Source of the DNA: Gammaproteobacteria bacterium RIFCSPLOWO2_02_FULL_56_15
Lineage (GTDB): Bacteria; Pseudomonadota; Gammaproteobacteria; Eutrophobiales; Eutrophobiaceae
Length of the DNA: 36,281 nt
Direction: 5' to 3'
Assembly (NCBI GenBank): GCA_001801825.1
Contig: MGYR01000135.1
Span: forward strand, 1-36,281
The translations under genes were made by a program, and so were the position numbers. The notes under the pieces were generated by a model. It made no database searches. It was given only the letters and a program-made list of their open reading frames with translations, and was not told where the DNA came from. Within the stretch, counting starts at the first letter, position 1. Every line of letters begins with the position of its first letter. Of the stretch, positions 27,233-36,176 are shown piece after piece.

Positions 27233-30200
27233 AGTTAATTACCTCACTTAATCCCTTCCGCCTGCGAAGGTTCCATTCCTTGACCAGTGCATAGATGGCC
27301 GGAATCACGATCAGCGTCAGTGCGGTGGATGACACCATACCGCCCACCATGGGTGCGGCGATGCGCCTCATCACCTCGGAACCGGTACCACTGCCCCACA
27401 TGATGGGCAAGAGGCCGGCCATGATGGCCACCACGGTCATCATCTTAGGACGTACCCGCTCCACCGCGCCTTCCATCACCGCCGCATAAAGGTCGGCCAC
27501 GGCAAACGGCTTGCCCTCGGCATCCCGCTGCGCCTTGAGGGCCAGGTAAGCGTGATCAAGATAGATCAGCATGACGACGCCGGTTTCTGCCGCCACCCCG
27601 GCCAGCGCGATAAAACCGACCGCCACCGCCACGCTCATGTTGTAGCCCAGCCAGTGCATGAGCCAGACCCCGCCCACCAGCGAGAACGGCACCGACAGCA
27701 TAACGATCAGCGTCTCCGTCAAGCGGCGGAAATTAAGGTAAAGCAGCAAGAAGATGATCAGCAAGGTCAGCGGCACCACGAGCTTGAGGCGCTCCTTGGC
27801 ACGCTCCATGTACTCAAACTGGCCGCTCCAGGTGATGTAGTAGCCAGGCTGGAATTTGACCTGGTCGCGCACCGCCTGCTGTGCGTCCGCCACATAGTTG
27901 CCGATGTCGCGTCCGCGGATGTCGACGAAGATATAAGCCGACAGCAGCGCGTTCTCGGTACGGATGCTGGGTGGCCCTTTTTCCAGGGAGATATGCGCCA
28001 GTTGGCCGAGCGGGATCAGCATCCCGCCCATGGTCGGCACCAGCACCTGGCGAGCAATAGTGACCGGATCGGAGCGCAGCTCGCGCGGATAGCGCGTAAT
28101 CACGCCGAAACGCTCCCGACCCTCCACCGTAGTAGTGATCAATTCTCCGCCGAGTGCGCTGCCGATGACATCCTGCAAGTCACCGACCGCCAGCCCATAG
28201 CGTGCCAACGCCTGCCGATCAGGGTCGATGACGAGATAGTAGCCACCCGTGATGCGTTCGGCATAGGCGCTGGTGGTGCCCGGCACGGCCTTGACCACGG
28301 CCTCGATTTCCTTGGCGAGTTTTTCCATCTCCCCCAAATCGCGCCCGAACACCTTGATACCGATGGGCGTGCGGATACCGGTAGAAAGCATGTCGATGCG
28401 GGCCTTGATCGGCATGGTCCAGGCATTGCTCACGCCCGGGATTTGGACCGCCTGGTCCAGCTCCGCAATCAGCTTGTCAATGGTCATCTCGGGGCGCCAC
28501 TCTGCCTCGGGTTTGAGATTGATCACTGTCTCGAACATTTCCAACGGCGCCGGGTCGGTAGCCGTATTGGCACGACCGGCCTTGCCGAATACCGAGGTGA
28601 CTTCCGGAAAATTCTTGATGATCCGGTTCTGGGTCTGCATGATCTCGGCGGCCTTGGTCACGGAAAGCCCCGGCAAAGTGACCGGCATGTAGAGCAACGT
28701 GCCTTCGTTCAGCGTCGGCATGAACTCGCTGCCAAGCCGGTTCAGCGGGTACACAGTCACTCCCAGCACCACCAACGCTGCGAAGATAGTAAATTTTTTC
28801 CAGCGCATCACCCCGGCGATGATCGGCCGGTAGAGCCAGATCAGCAGCCGGTTTAACGGGTTCTTGCGTTCGGGCATTATCTTGCCGCGAATAAACAGTA
28901 GCATCAGCACTGGCACCAGTGTCACCGACAGAAACGCCGCACCCCCCATGGAAAAAGTCTTGGTGTAGGCCAGCGGCTGGAACAAACGGCCCTCCTGTGC
29001 TTCCAGCGTGAATACCGGCAGGAAGGAAACAGTGATGATCAACAAGCTAAAGAACAGCGCCGGCCCGACCTCGCGGCAGGCGTCGATCATCAACTGGACG
29101 CGCGGCGCGCCCGGTGGCGCCCGCTCGATATGCTTGTGCGCGTTTTCGATCATGACTATGGCGGCATCTACCATGGCGCCGATGGCAATGGCGATACCGC
29201 CCAGGCTCATGATGTTGGAATTGAGGCCCAGCCAACGCATCAGGATGAACGCGATCAACACACCCACCGGCAGCATCAGGATAGCCACCAGCGCACTGCG
29301 CACGTGCAGCAGGAACAGCACGCACACCAGCGCAACAACAACACTTTCCTCGATCAGCGTTGTTTTGAGATTTTCGATGGCGCGGTGGATCAGATCAGAG
29401 CGGTCGTACACCGTTTCCACCGTAACGCCATCCGGCAGGCCGGAGGCGATTTCGGCAAGCTTTTGCTTGATGTTGTGGATGACATCGAGCGCGTTCTGTC
29501 CGTAGCGCGCCATGGCGATGCCGGCCACCACTTCGCCTTCGCCATTAAGCTCAGTCAGCCCGCGCCGCTCGTCCGGCGCCAGCTCTACCCGCGCCACGTC
29601 GCGCAGCAATACTGGTGTGCCCTCGTCGGCCTTGACCACCAGGCTTTCCAGATCGCCAATACCACGCAGGTAACCCTTGCCCCGTACCATATATTCGGTC
29701 TCGGTCATTTCCACCACGCGCCCGCCAACATCGCGATTACTGTCGCGGATCACCTGCGTAATGCGGGCCGGCGAAACACCGTAGGCTTGCAGCTTGAGCG
29801 GGTCAAGCACCACCTGGTACTGCTTGACAAAACCTCCCACGCTGGCCACTTCGGCCACGCCGTGCGCCTTGCTCAATTGGTAGCGCAGATACCAGTCCTG
29901 GATTGCCCGCAGTTCTTCCAGCGTGCGATTTTTGGCCAGCACCACGTATTGATAGACCCAGCCGACACCGGTGGCATCAGGACCCAGGGTCGGCGTGATA
30001 CCACGCGGGAGGGTCCCACTGACGGAATTAAGGTATTCCAGGACGCGCGAGCGCGCCCAGTAGATATCGGTACCGTCTTCGAAAATGATGTAGACAAAGC
30101 TCGCACCGAAGAACGAAAAGCCGCGCACTACCTTGGACTTCGGCACCGACAGCATGGCCGAGGTGAGCGGGTAGGTGACCTGATCCTCCACCACCTGCGG

Positions 30201-30371
30201 CGCTTGCCCGGAGTACTCGGTATAGATGATGACTTGCACGTCTGACAGATCGGGTATGGCATCCACCGGCATCTTGTACACGGCATAGACGCCCGCACCA
30301 ACCACGAACAGGGTAGCCAGCAACACCAGAAACACATTGCGTACCGACCATTCAATGATGCGCTCCAGCAT
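27225..30371 (-). CDS. cusA: Cu(I)/Ag(I) efflux RND transporter permease
   Basis: 1048 aa. SLGGIAIAIGAMVDAAIVMIENAHK is nearly identical to the E. coli CusA TM4 region as I recall it. 12-TM RND architecture. Confidence 0.9.
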   Translation of the reverse strand: MLERIIEWSVRNVFLVLLATLFVVGAGVYAVYKMPVDAIPDLSDVQVIIYTEYSGQAPQVVEDQVTYPLTSAMLSVPKSKVVRGFSFFGASFVYIIFEDGTDIYWARSRVLEYLNSVSGTLPRGITPTLGPDATGVGWVYQYVVLAKNRTLEELRAIQDWYLRYQLSKAHGVAEVASVGGFVKQYQVVLDPLKLQAYGVSPARITQVIRDSNRDVGGRVVEMTETEYMVRGKGYLRGIGDLESLVVKADEGTPVLLRDVARVELAPDERRGLTELNGEGEVVAGIAMARYGQNALDVIHNIKQKLAEIASGLPDGVTVETVYDRSDLIHRAIENLKTTLIEESVVVALVCVLFLLHVRSALVAILMLPVGVLIAFILMRWLGLNSNIMSLGGIAIAIGAMVDAAIVMIENAHKHIERAPPGAPRVQLMIDACREVGPALFFSLLIITVSFLPVFTLEAQEGRLFQPLAYTKTFSMGGAAFLSVTLVPVLMLLFIRGKIMPERKNPLNRLLIWLYRPIIAGVMRWKKFTIFAALVVLGVTVYPLNRLGSEFMPTLNEGTLLYMPVTLPGLSVTKAAEIMQTQNRIIKNFPEVTSVFGKAGRANTATDPAPLEMFETVINLKPEAEWRPEMTIDKLIAELDQAVQIPGVSNAWTMPIKARIDMLSTGIRTPIGIKVFGRDLGEMEKLAKEIEAVVKAVPGTTSAYAERITGGYYLVIDPDRQALARYGLAVGDLQDVIGSALGGELITTTVEGRERFGVITRYPRELRSDPVTIARQVLVPTMGGMLIPLGQLAHISLEKGPPSIRTENALLSAYIFVDIRGRDIGNYVADAQQAVRDQVKFQPGYYITWSGQFEYMERAKERLKLVVPLTLLIIFLLLYLNFRRLTETLIVMLSVPFSLVGGVWLMHWLGYNMSVAVAVGFIALAGVAAETGVVMLIYLDHAYLALKAQRDAEGKPFAVADLYAAVMEGAVERVRPKMMTVVAIMAGLLPIMWGSGTGSEVMRRIAAPMVGGMVSSTALTLIVIPAIYALVKEWNLRRRKGLSEVINYV

Positions 30372-30372
30372 G

Positions 30373-31854
30373 TCAGTGCCCCTCGTGGCCCGTATCCGTT
30401 ACCGGAGCAGCCATGTCGGGCACGGCGGGGTTGCCTGCGGCCTGATCTTCATGCTGGCCGAAACTGCTGAACGCCGCCGTAAGATTACTCTCTGCGTCGA
30501 TCAGGAAATTCGCCCGCACTACCACGTTCTCGCCCTCGCCCACTCCTTGCAGCACCTCGACATAACCATCGCTCCGCACTCCGATTTTTACCGCGCGCGG
30601 TTCGAACAGACCTGCGTCGAGTTGCACCAGCACTACCTGGCGCGTGCCGCTGTCGATCACGGCCGAATCCGGCACCGTCAGTACTGGGCTTTTGCCCCCT
30701 CCTGCCTCCAGTTGCAGGCTGGCATACATATCGGGCTTGAGCATGCCGCCAGGATTATCCAATTCCACCCTGACCGGCACGGTGCGGGTCACAGGCGAGA
30801 GCGTGGGATATATATAAGCGACCTCGCCGCTGAATTCCTTTCCGGGATAGGCATCGACACTGATTTTAACTTTGTCACCAATACTTACATAGCCAAGATC
30901 CTGCTCAAACACATCTGCGATTAGCCACAGCCGCGCAAGATCAGCGATCAGGTAAAGCGGATCTCCTGGCATAAAATGCATCCCCAGCACGGCAGTTTTT
31001 TCCAGCACCACACCGTTGGCGGGCGAATACAGGGTGATGGTGCTGGTTGCCTTACCCTCGCTCTGCAGTCCTTTCAGTTCACTATCAGAAATATCCCAGT
31101 TGCGCAGGCGCTGCAGCGCGCCTTCCGCCAGATGCTCCATCCCTGTCTGCGATTCCTCAGTACCGCTGTTCAGGGCTTGCTTGCCTTGCCAGGCGATCAG
31201 GTATTCCTCTTTTGCCGAAATCAGTTCCGGACTGTAGATCTGCATCAATGGCTGACCGCGTTGCACCGGCTGGTTGGTCGCGTTCACATAAAGATCCTCG
31301 ATGTGACCCTCGAACTTGGTGGTCACCGTATGCAGGAGTCGCTCATCCACCTGGAACTTGCCTACGGCGCGCACCGTCCTGGTCATTTTGCGCAACGTCG
31401 CAACCTCGGTCCTCACGCCCAGCTTCTGCACCTTGTCCAGGCTTATTTTCACCTGGCCGGACTGCGTCGACTCACCCTCGTAGACCGGGATGTAATCCAT
31501 ACCCATGCTGTCCTTTTTCGGCTCCGGTGATGTATCTGGTAAACCCATCGGATTGCGGTAGTACAACACCCTGCGCTGCGTGTTGCCCGAGGCAGGAGCG
31601 GTCGCACCCGGCAATTCGTCTGCATAGACCGGGATGTAGTCCATGCCCATGCTGTCCTTTTTCGGCTCGGTCGAGGTGTCGGAAAGGCCCATCGGGTTGC
31701 GGTAATAGAGGATTTTTCTCTCAGCAGGCACGAATGTATCTGCCGACTTTTCAGCCAAGGGCTGGCCTGCCTGCTTCATTCCCCACCAGTAGCCTCCTCC
31801 CGTCGCAACAACACCGAACAATGCCAGTGCAATCCAGATTCCTGGTCGATTCAT
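30373..31854 (-). CDS. cusB: Cu(I)/Ag(I) efflux RND periplasmic adaptor
   Basis: 493 aa with an N-terminal anchor and two copies of the YYRNPM...SMGMDYIPVY motif (compare E. coli CusB YWYDPM...FMDMDLVPKY). It also has the barrel-sandwich and beta-barrel core. It lies adjacent to cusA and overlaps the cusC stop by 4 nt. Confidence 0.85.
   Translation of the reverse strand: MNRPGIWIALALFGVVATGGGYWWGMKQAGQPLAEKSADTFVPAERKILYYRNPMGLSDTSTEPKKDSMGMDYIPVYADELPGATAPASGNTQRRVLYYRNPMGLPDTSPEPKKDSMGMDYIPVYEGESTQSGQVKISLDKVQKLGVRTEVATLRKMTRTVRAVGKFQVDERLLHTVTTKFEGHIEDLYVNATNQPVQRGQPLMQIYSPELISAKEEYLIAWQGKQALNSGTEESQTGMEHLAEGALQRLRNWDISDSELKGLQSEGKATSTITLYSPANGVVLEKTAVLGMHFMPGDPLYLIADLARLWLIADVFEQDLGYVSIGDKVKISVDAYPGKEFSGEVAYIYPTLSPVTRTVPVRVELDNPGGMLKPDMYASLQLEAGGGKSPVLTVPDSAVIDSGTRQVVLVQLDAGLFEPRAVKIGVRSDGYVEVLQGVGEGENVVVRANFLIDAESNLTAAFSSFGQHEDQAAGNPAVPDMAAPVTDTGHEGH
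31480..31713 (-). repeat. tandem in-frame duplication (144-nt / 48-aa period) inside cusB
   Basis: Residues 48-77 are ILYYRNPMGLSDTSTEPKKDSMGMDYIPVY and residues 96-125 are VLYYRNPMGLPDTSPEPKKDSMGMDYIPVY. The DNA copies 31624-31713 and 31480-31569 are about 42/45 identical over their first 45 nt. Confidence 0.85.
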
Positions 31855-33140
31855 AACTCTTCTCCAATCAGTTTTTCAATCTCTGCCAAGTGCATTTCCT
31901 GCTCTGCCTGCGCCCTGATCTGATCCTGTTTGGCATGCCAGATGGCACGCTGCGCTTCGAGCAGTGTAGTGAAATCCACCTTGCCGTTTTCATATCCCGC
32001 CAGAGCCGAGTGCAAGGTTAGATTGGCCTGTGTCAACAGGGTATTGGTGAGCAGATGTTCCTGATCCCTGGCCGCTTCGTAGGCTGCAATAAATTCCTGC
32101 AGTTCACCCATCACATTATTGACTATAGACTGCTGGCGCTCTCTGGCGGCAGCCAGCATGGCGCCTGCCTCCGCTTCCTGGGCGCTGCGGGAATCGAACC
32201 GGATCGGAATGTTGACCTCTACCATCGCTTCCCAACCGTCGATGCTGCTGCCGCGCTGGGTTGTCGCAATCCCAAAAGTCACGTCGGGATAGCGGTTTTT
32301 CTCTACCAGATTCCGGTTGGCCTCGGCCATTGTGATTTGCACATCCTGGGTTCGTAGCAACGGATTATTGCGCTGCGCCTTTTCCCGCAACAAATCCGCA
32401 TCGAATATTTCCGGAGACAGACGGCGCAGTATTTGAGGATCTGCCAGCGGTGCGTGCTGTGGCCGCCCGGTCATCGCATTCAGCCGTGCCCGGGCCTTCT
32501 TCTGCTCGGCTTCCAGCGTAATGATTTCAGAACGCAACAATGTTTTCTCGACCTGTGCCCGGATCACATCCTGTTGCGGCACCAGCCCGTTGGAATAACG
32601 CACCTGGGCGATGGTCTCAATTTCCTGCAACAGTGCCAGAATTTCTTCGTTGAGCTTTTGCAAGCTGTATGGTTGATAGAGCTGTGCATAGGCAATTTTT
32701 ATCTGGGAATGAATTTCGGCAAGCAAGGCCGCTCTACGAGACTTTGTCTCATCCAATCCCGCTGTCGCAATTACGGTGCGCAGATCACGTTTGCCCCAGA
32801 GCGGAAAATTCTGCATCAATGTGTACTTGGTTCCACCCACCTCGCTGGGCAGCACATTGAACCCGTTCGGTGCAGCCGGTCCGGCAAAATCCATCAACTC
32901 GATGCGCAGCATCGGATCAGGTAATGCACCTGCAGGCACGATACGGCTCTGTGCGGCCTCGATTTCAAAACGCATGACACTAAGTTCGGGATTATGCGCA
33001 TCGGCCCATTGCAGCAGTTCCCCCACTTCGATGCCGATAGGTGTTAAATCAGAGAATTCATCCGCTTTCACCGACCCTGATTGCTTTGCAAACACTAGTA
33101 GCAGATAGACTAGGATTAAAGTTTGTTTATTCGTTTTCAT
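31851..33140 (-). CDS. cusC: TolC-family outer membrane efflux protein
   Basis: 429 aa with a signal peptide without a lipobox, and two-repeat coiled-coil/OEP architecture. It is the first gene of the cusCBA-type operon. Confidence 0.8.
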   Translation of the reverse strand: MKTNKQTLILVYLLLVFAKQSGSVKADEFSDLTPIGIEVGELLQWADAHNPELSVMRFEIEAAQSRIVPAGALPDPMLRIELMDFAGPAAPNGFNVLPSEVGGTKYTLMQNFPLWGKRDLRTVIATAGLDETKSRRAALLAEIHSQIKIAYAQLYQPYSLQKLNEEILALLQEIETIAQVRYSNGLVPQQDVIRAQVEKTLLRSEIITLEAEQKKARARLNAMTGRPQHAPLADPQILRRLSPEIFDADLLREKAQRNNPLLRTQDVQITMAEANRNLVEKNRYPDVTFGIATTQRGSSIDGWEAMVEVNIPIRFDSRSAQEAEAGAMLAAARERQQSIVNNVMGELQEFIAAYEAARDQEHLLTNTLLTQANLTLHSALAGYENGKVDFTTLLEAQRAIWHAKQDQIRAQAEQEMHLAEIEKLIGEEL

Positions 33141-33198
33141 GATTTCACCTGATTATGTCGGCACATCCAGATGCTATGGATGCAGGAACATATTGACT

Positions 33199-33291
33199 TC
33201 AGTGCACTTCAAATATCCTTACATTGAGAAAAGAATCCGGGTCGTTCTCAAATTTTTCCTGGCAAGTTCGCGAACAAAACAATCTTTTCAT
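33199..33291 (-). pseudogene. remnant of a YHS/TRASH-domain gene (C-terminal half only)
   Basis: The minus-strand 30-codon ORF MKRLFCSRTCQEKFENDPDSFLNVRIFEVH matches the ...YYFCSxxCxxKFxxDPxxYL end of YHS/TRASH domains. A TAA stop lies 7 codons upstream of the ATG, and the CGM half of the domain is absent. Confidence 0.4.
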
Positions 33292-33339
33292 ATTGCCTGG
33301 TCCAAAGATAATTTATCGGGATTGCTGAAGTCTGGACTC

Positions 33340-35922
33340 CTATAATGCCGCCCGCTTTAGTCTCAATGCATTGGCAACAACCGAGAGAGAACTGAAACTC
33401 ATGGCAACTGCGGCAATCATCGGTGACAACAGCATTCCGAATACCGGATAAAGTATACCGGCTGCGATCGGCACACCGAGAGCGTTGTAGATAAATGCAA
33501 AGAATAGGTTCTGCCGTATGTTTCTCATGGTGAGCCGGCTGAGTTTGCGCGCCCTGGCGATGCCGCGTAAATCACCCTTTACCAGTGTTATGCCCGCACT
33601 TTCCATGGCTATGTCCGTACCGGTACCCATCGCAATCCCGACCTCGGCCTGGGCCAGTGCAGGGGCATCATTTATCCCGTCACCCGCCATGGCTACGATG
33701 CGTCCTTCTGACTGTAACTTCCTGATCACTCCCACCTTTTGCTCCGGCAGAACTTCGGCCACCACCTCATCAATCTCCAGCAATTTTGCGACTGCCTCTG
33801 CCGTTTTCCGGTTGTCTCCGGTCAGCATGATTACTTTTATTCCTTCTGCATGCAGGGCTTTAATTGCCGCTGGTGTGGAGGATTTGATCGGATCCGCCAC
33901 ACTGATAATACCGGCGGGACGTTGATTGATTGAGACAAACATAACAGTATGTCCAGCTTGCCTCAGGCTATCAGCCTGGTCGCGTAAACAGTCAGAGCTT
34001 ATAGAAAGTTCCTCAAACAATTTTGCATTACCTACCGCCACATGATGCCCGTTAACCATCCCACTGACACCTTTACCGGTCAGTGACCGGAAATCGTTCA
34101 CCTCTGCGAGGTGTTTTTCCTTGTTTTCCATGCTGGCAACAATCGCCTCGGCAAGTGGATGCTCACTACCGCGTTCCAGACTTGCAACCAGCTGCATCAA
34201 TGTAACTTCATCAAATCCCGGTTCAACAAGCACACTCATTAATCGTGGCCTGCCTTCAGTCAGTGTTCCTGTTTTATCGACTACCAGTGTGTCTATTTTC
34301 CCAGTAACTTCGAGTGCCTCGGCATTCTTGATCAGAACTCCATGCACCGCTCCAAGTCCGGTACCTACCATGATCGACATGGGTGTCGCCAGCCCCAGTG
34401 CGCAGGGGCAGGCAATTATCAACACAGCGACCGCATTGATAGTTGCATATGCCAGACGGGGTTCCGGCCCCCAGACCCACCACAACAAAAAAGTAGCACA
34501 AGCTACAACAATTACAGCAGGCACAAAGTAGCCGGCAACCTTATCCACCAGTTTCTGGATCGGCGCCCTGCTGCGTTGTGCCTCAGCGACCAGGCGCACA
34601 ATTTGTGCCAGCAAAGTATCACTACCGACCCGCTGCGCCTCCATGACCAGGCTACCGGCGCCATTGATTGTTGCTCCAATCAGATTATCATCAACCTGTT
34701 TGCCAACCGGGATGGGTTCGCCGGTCATCATTGACTCATCGATGGAACTGCTGCCTTTGATCACAATACCATCTACTGGTATCTTTTCACCGGGACGTAT
34801 CCGGAGTCTGTCCCCTGGGCGGACTTTCTCGACTGGAATATCTTCTTCAACCCCATCATCCCGTATCTGCCGTGCCGTTTTCGGGGCCAGTCCCAGTAAC
34901 AATTTAATGGCAGCATTCGTCTGACTACGGGCCTTGATTTCCAGCACCTGTCCCAACAACACCAAAGCAGTGATGACTGCAGCCGCCTCAAAATAGACGG
35001 GGACGACACCCATTTCATTTCGCATAGATGCGGGGAAAATGCCCGGCAGTAACACCGCCACAAAACTATAGACCCAGGCTACACTTACACCCAGTCCGAT
35101 CAGCGTAAACATATTCAGGTTACGTGTTACGATGGACAACCATCCCCGCTGAAAAAATGGCCAGCCGCACCAGAAGACCACTGGCGTTGCAAGGAGAAAC
35201 TCAAACCACTGTCTTATCCGTGGGGAAATGATTTCGGCAATCATGTCCGGCCAAAACTCCGAACCCATGGCGCTGAATAATACCGGCAGTGCCAACGCCA
35301 GACTAACTCGCAGGCGGCGGGACATATCCATGAGCTCGGCATTGTCTTCTTCAACTTCCACCGTCCTGGCCTCTAGAGCCATACCGCACTTGGGACAACT
35401 TCCTGGGTGGTCCTGCAGTACTTCCGGATGCATCGGACAGGTGTACTCGGTCCTGGTGGCAACAGGGACCAAAGCCATGGATCCAAGGGCCATACCGCAT
35501 TTTGGACAGGAGCCTGGCCCCTGTTGCTGGACTTCAGGATCCATGGGACAAGTGTAAACGACAGATGCATCAACCTGCCCGGCATGAATATGACCCTGAT
35601 TATCGGGTTGTTGCTGGTGCAGAAAGGGATCGGGGTTACTGATAAACTTGCTGGAGCCATTCTTACAACAGGAACTGTGGTGCTTGTCTTCATGCTCAAC
35701 CGTATGCATGGAATTATCCATACTATCTATACTGCATACAGGGTCTTTGAGGATATTCTCAAAATATTGATGAGGTGATTTCTCGAATTCACTCAAGCAG
35801 CTGCGACAGCAGAAAAAATAATCTTGTCCCCGGTATGTTGAGTGAAATTTACTACTCTCTCCAACCGTCATACCGCATACAGGATCCTGAAACAGGATTT
35901 TTACTTTAGATGATTCTTCCAT
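33340..35922 (-). CDS. copA: copper-translocating P1B-type ATPase
   Basis: 860 aa. CPC motif ([11 protein letters not shown]), [21 protein letters not shown]. The N-terminus has a TRASH/YHS-like DPVCGM...YFFCCRSC and two YTCPM(D/H)PEV...[11 protein letters not shown] modules, and no GMTCxxC HMA domain. Confidence 0.9.
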   Translation of the reverse strand: MEESSKVKILFQDPVCGMTVGESSKFHSTYRGQDYFFCCRSCLSEFEKSPHQYFENILKDPVCSIDSMDNSMHTVEHEDKHHSSCCKNGSSKFISNPDPFLHQQQPDNQGHIHAGQVDASVVYTCPMDPEVQQQGPGSCPKCGMALGSMALVPVATRTEYTCPMHPEVLQDHPGSCPKCGMALEARTVEVEEDNAELMDMSRRLRVSLALALPVLFSAMGSEFWPDMIAEIISPRIRQWFEFLLATPVVFWCGWPFFQRGWLSIVTRNLNMFTLIGLGVSVAWVYSFVAVLLPGIFPASMRNEMGVVPVYFEAAAVITALVLLGQVLEIKARSQTNAAIKLLLGLAPKTARQIRDDGVEEDIPVEKVRPGDRLRIRPGEKIPVDGIVIKGSSSIDESMMTGEPIPVGKQVDDNLIGATINGAGSLVMEAQRVGSDTLLAQIVRLVAEAQRSRAPIQKLVDKVAGYFVPAVIVVACATFLLWWVWGPEPRLAYATINAVAVLIIACPCALGLATPMSIMVGTGLGAVHGVLIKNAEALEVTGKIDTLVVDKTGTLTEGRPRLMSVLVEPGFDEVTLMQLVASLERGSEHPLAEAIVASMENKEKHLAEVNDFRSLTGKGVSGMVNGHHVAVGNAKLFEELSISSDCLRDQADSLRQAGHTVMFVSINQRPAGIISVADPIKSSTPAAIKALHAEGIKVIMLTGDNRKTAEAVAKLLEIDEVVAEVLPEQKVGVIRKLQSEGRIVAMAGDGINDAPALAQAEVGIAMGTGTDIAMESAGITLVKGDLRGIARARKLSRLTMRNIRQNLFFAFIYNALGVPIAAGILYPVFGMLLSPMIAAVAMSFSSLSVVANALRLKRAAL
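35374..35556 (-). repeat. two tandem Cys-rich metal-binding modules in the CopA N-terminus
   Basis: Residues 123-146 are [24 protein letters not shown] and residues 160-183 are [24 protein letters not shown]. Confidence 0.8.
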
Positions 35923-36176
35923 GGCAATCAGGAACCCGGGTTAGAGTTAAATTTTCCTCAACTGGTAAATGCTGGTGATTCACCGGGCCATTTTCATGCT
36001 CACCGGATTCGCTATCTGGCACCTGTAAGTCTGTATCTTGATCATTAGCAACTGATGTCGGGTGATCATGTGATGTATGGTCATGATCTCCGGTTATACT
36101 CTGCGGGAATGACATGACACCAATACCATATAAAATGCACAAACATAGGATGCCAATAAGGTAAAATTAAAATCAT
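35906..36176 (-). pseudogene. internally deleted paralogue of the DUF2231/His-rich gene, immediately upstream of copA
   Basis: AGGAG plus ATG at 36176 encode MILILPYWHPMFVHF, comparable to the MFEIIPNWHPVFVHF of the intact copy. Within a few codons the homology switches frame to ..ILYGIGVMSFPQSITGDHDHTSHDH..SESGEHEN.., comparable to ..VYRHGIGVISLPQNESGEHGHASHDH.. in the intact copy. The four TM helices are missing. A 17-nt identity (CATGCTCACCGGATTCG) is shared with 26761-26777. The stop overlaps the copA start. Confidence 0.5.

Noticed and set aside
27552-30245. Two very long + strand ORFs (27552..28856, 434 aa; 29130..30245, 371 aa).
   Set aside because: They lie entirely antisense to cusA. 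Their products are low-complexity and R/H/D/Q/G-rich with no motifs. They are typical shadow ORFs of a GC-rich gene.
31047-31856. 269-aa + strand ORF.
   Set aside because: It is antisense to cusB, with a P/S/R/C-rich nonsense composition. It is a shadow ORF.
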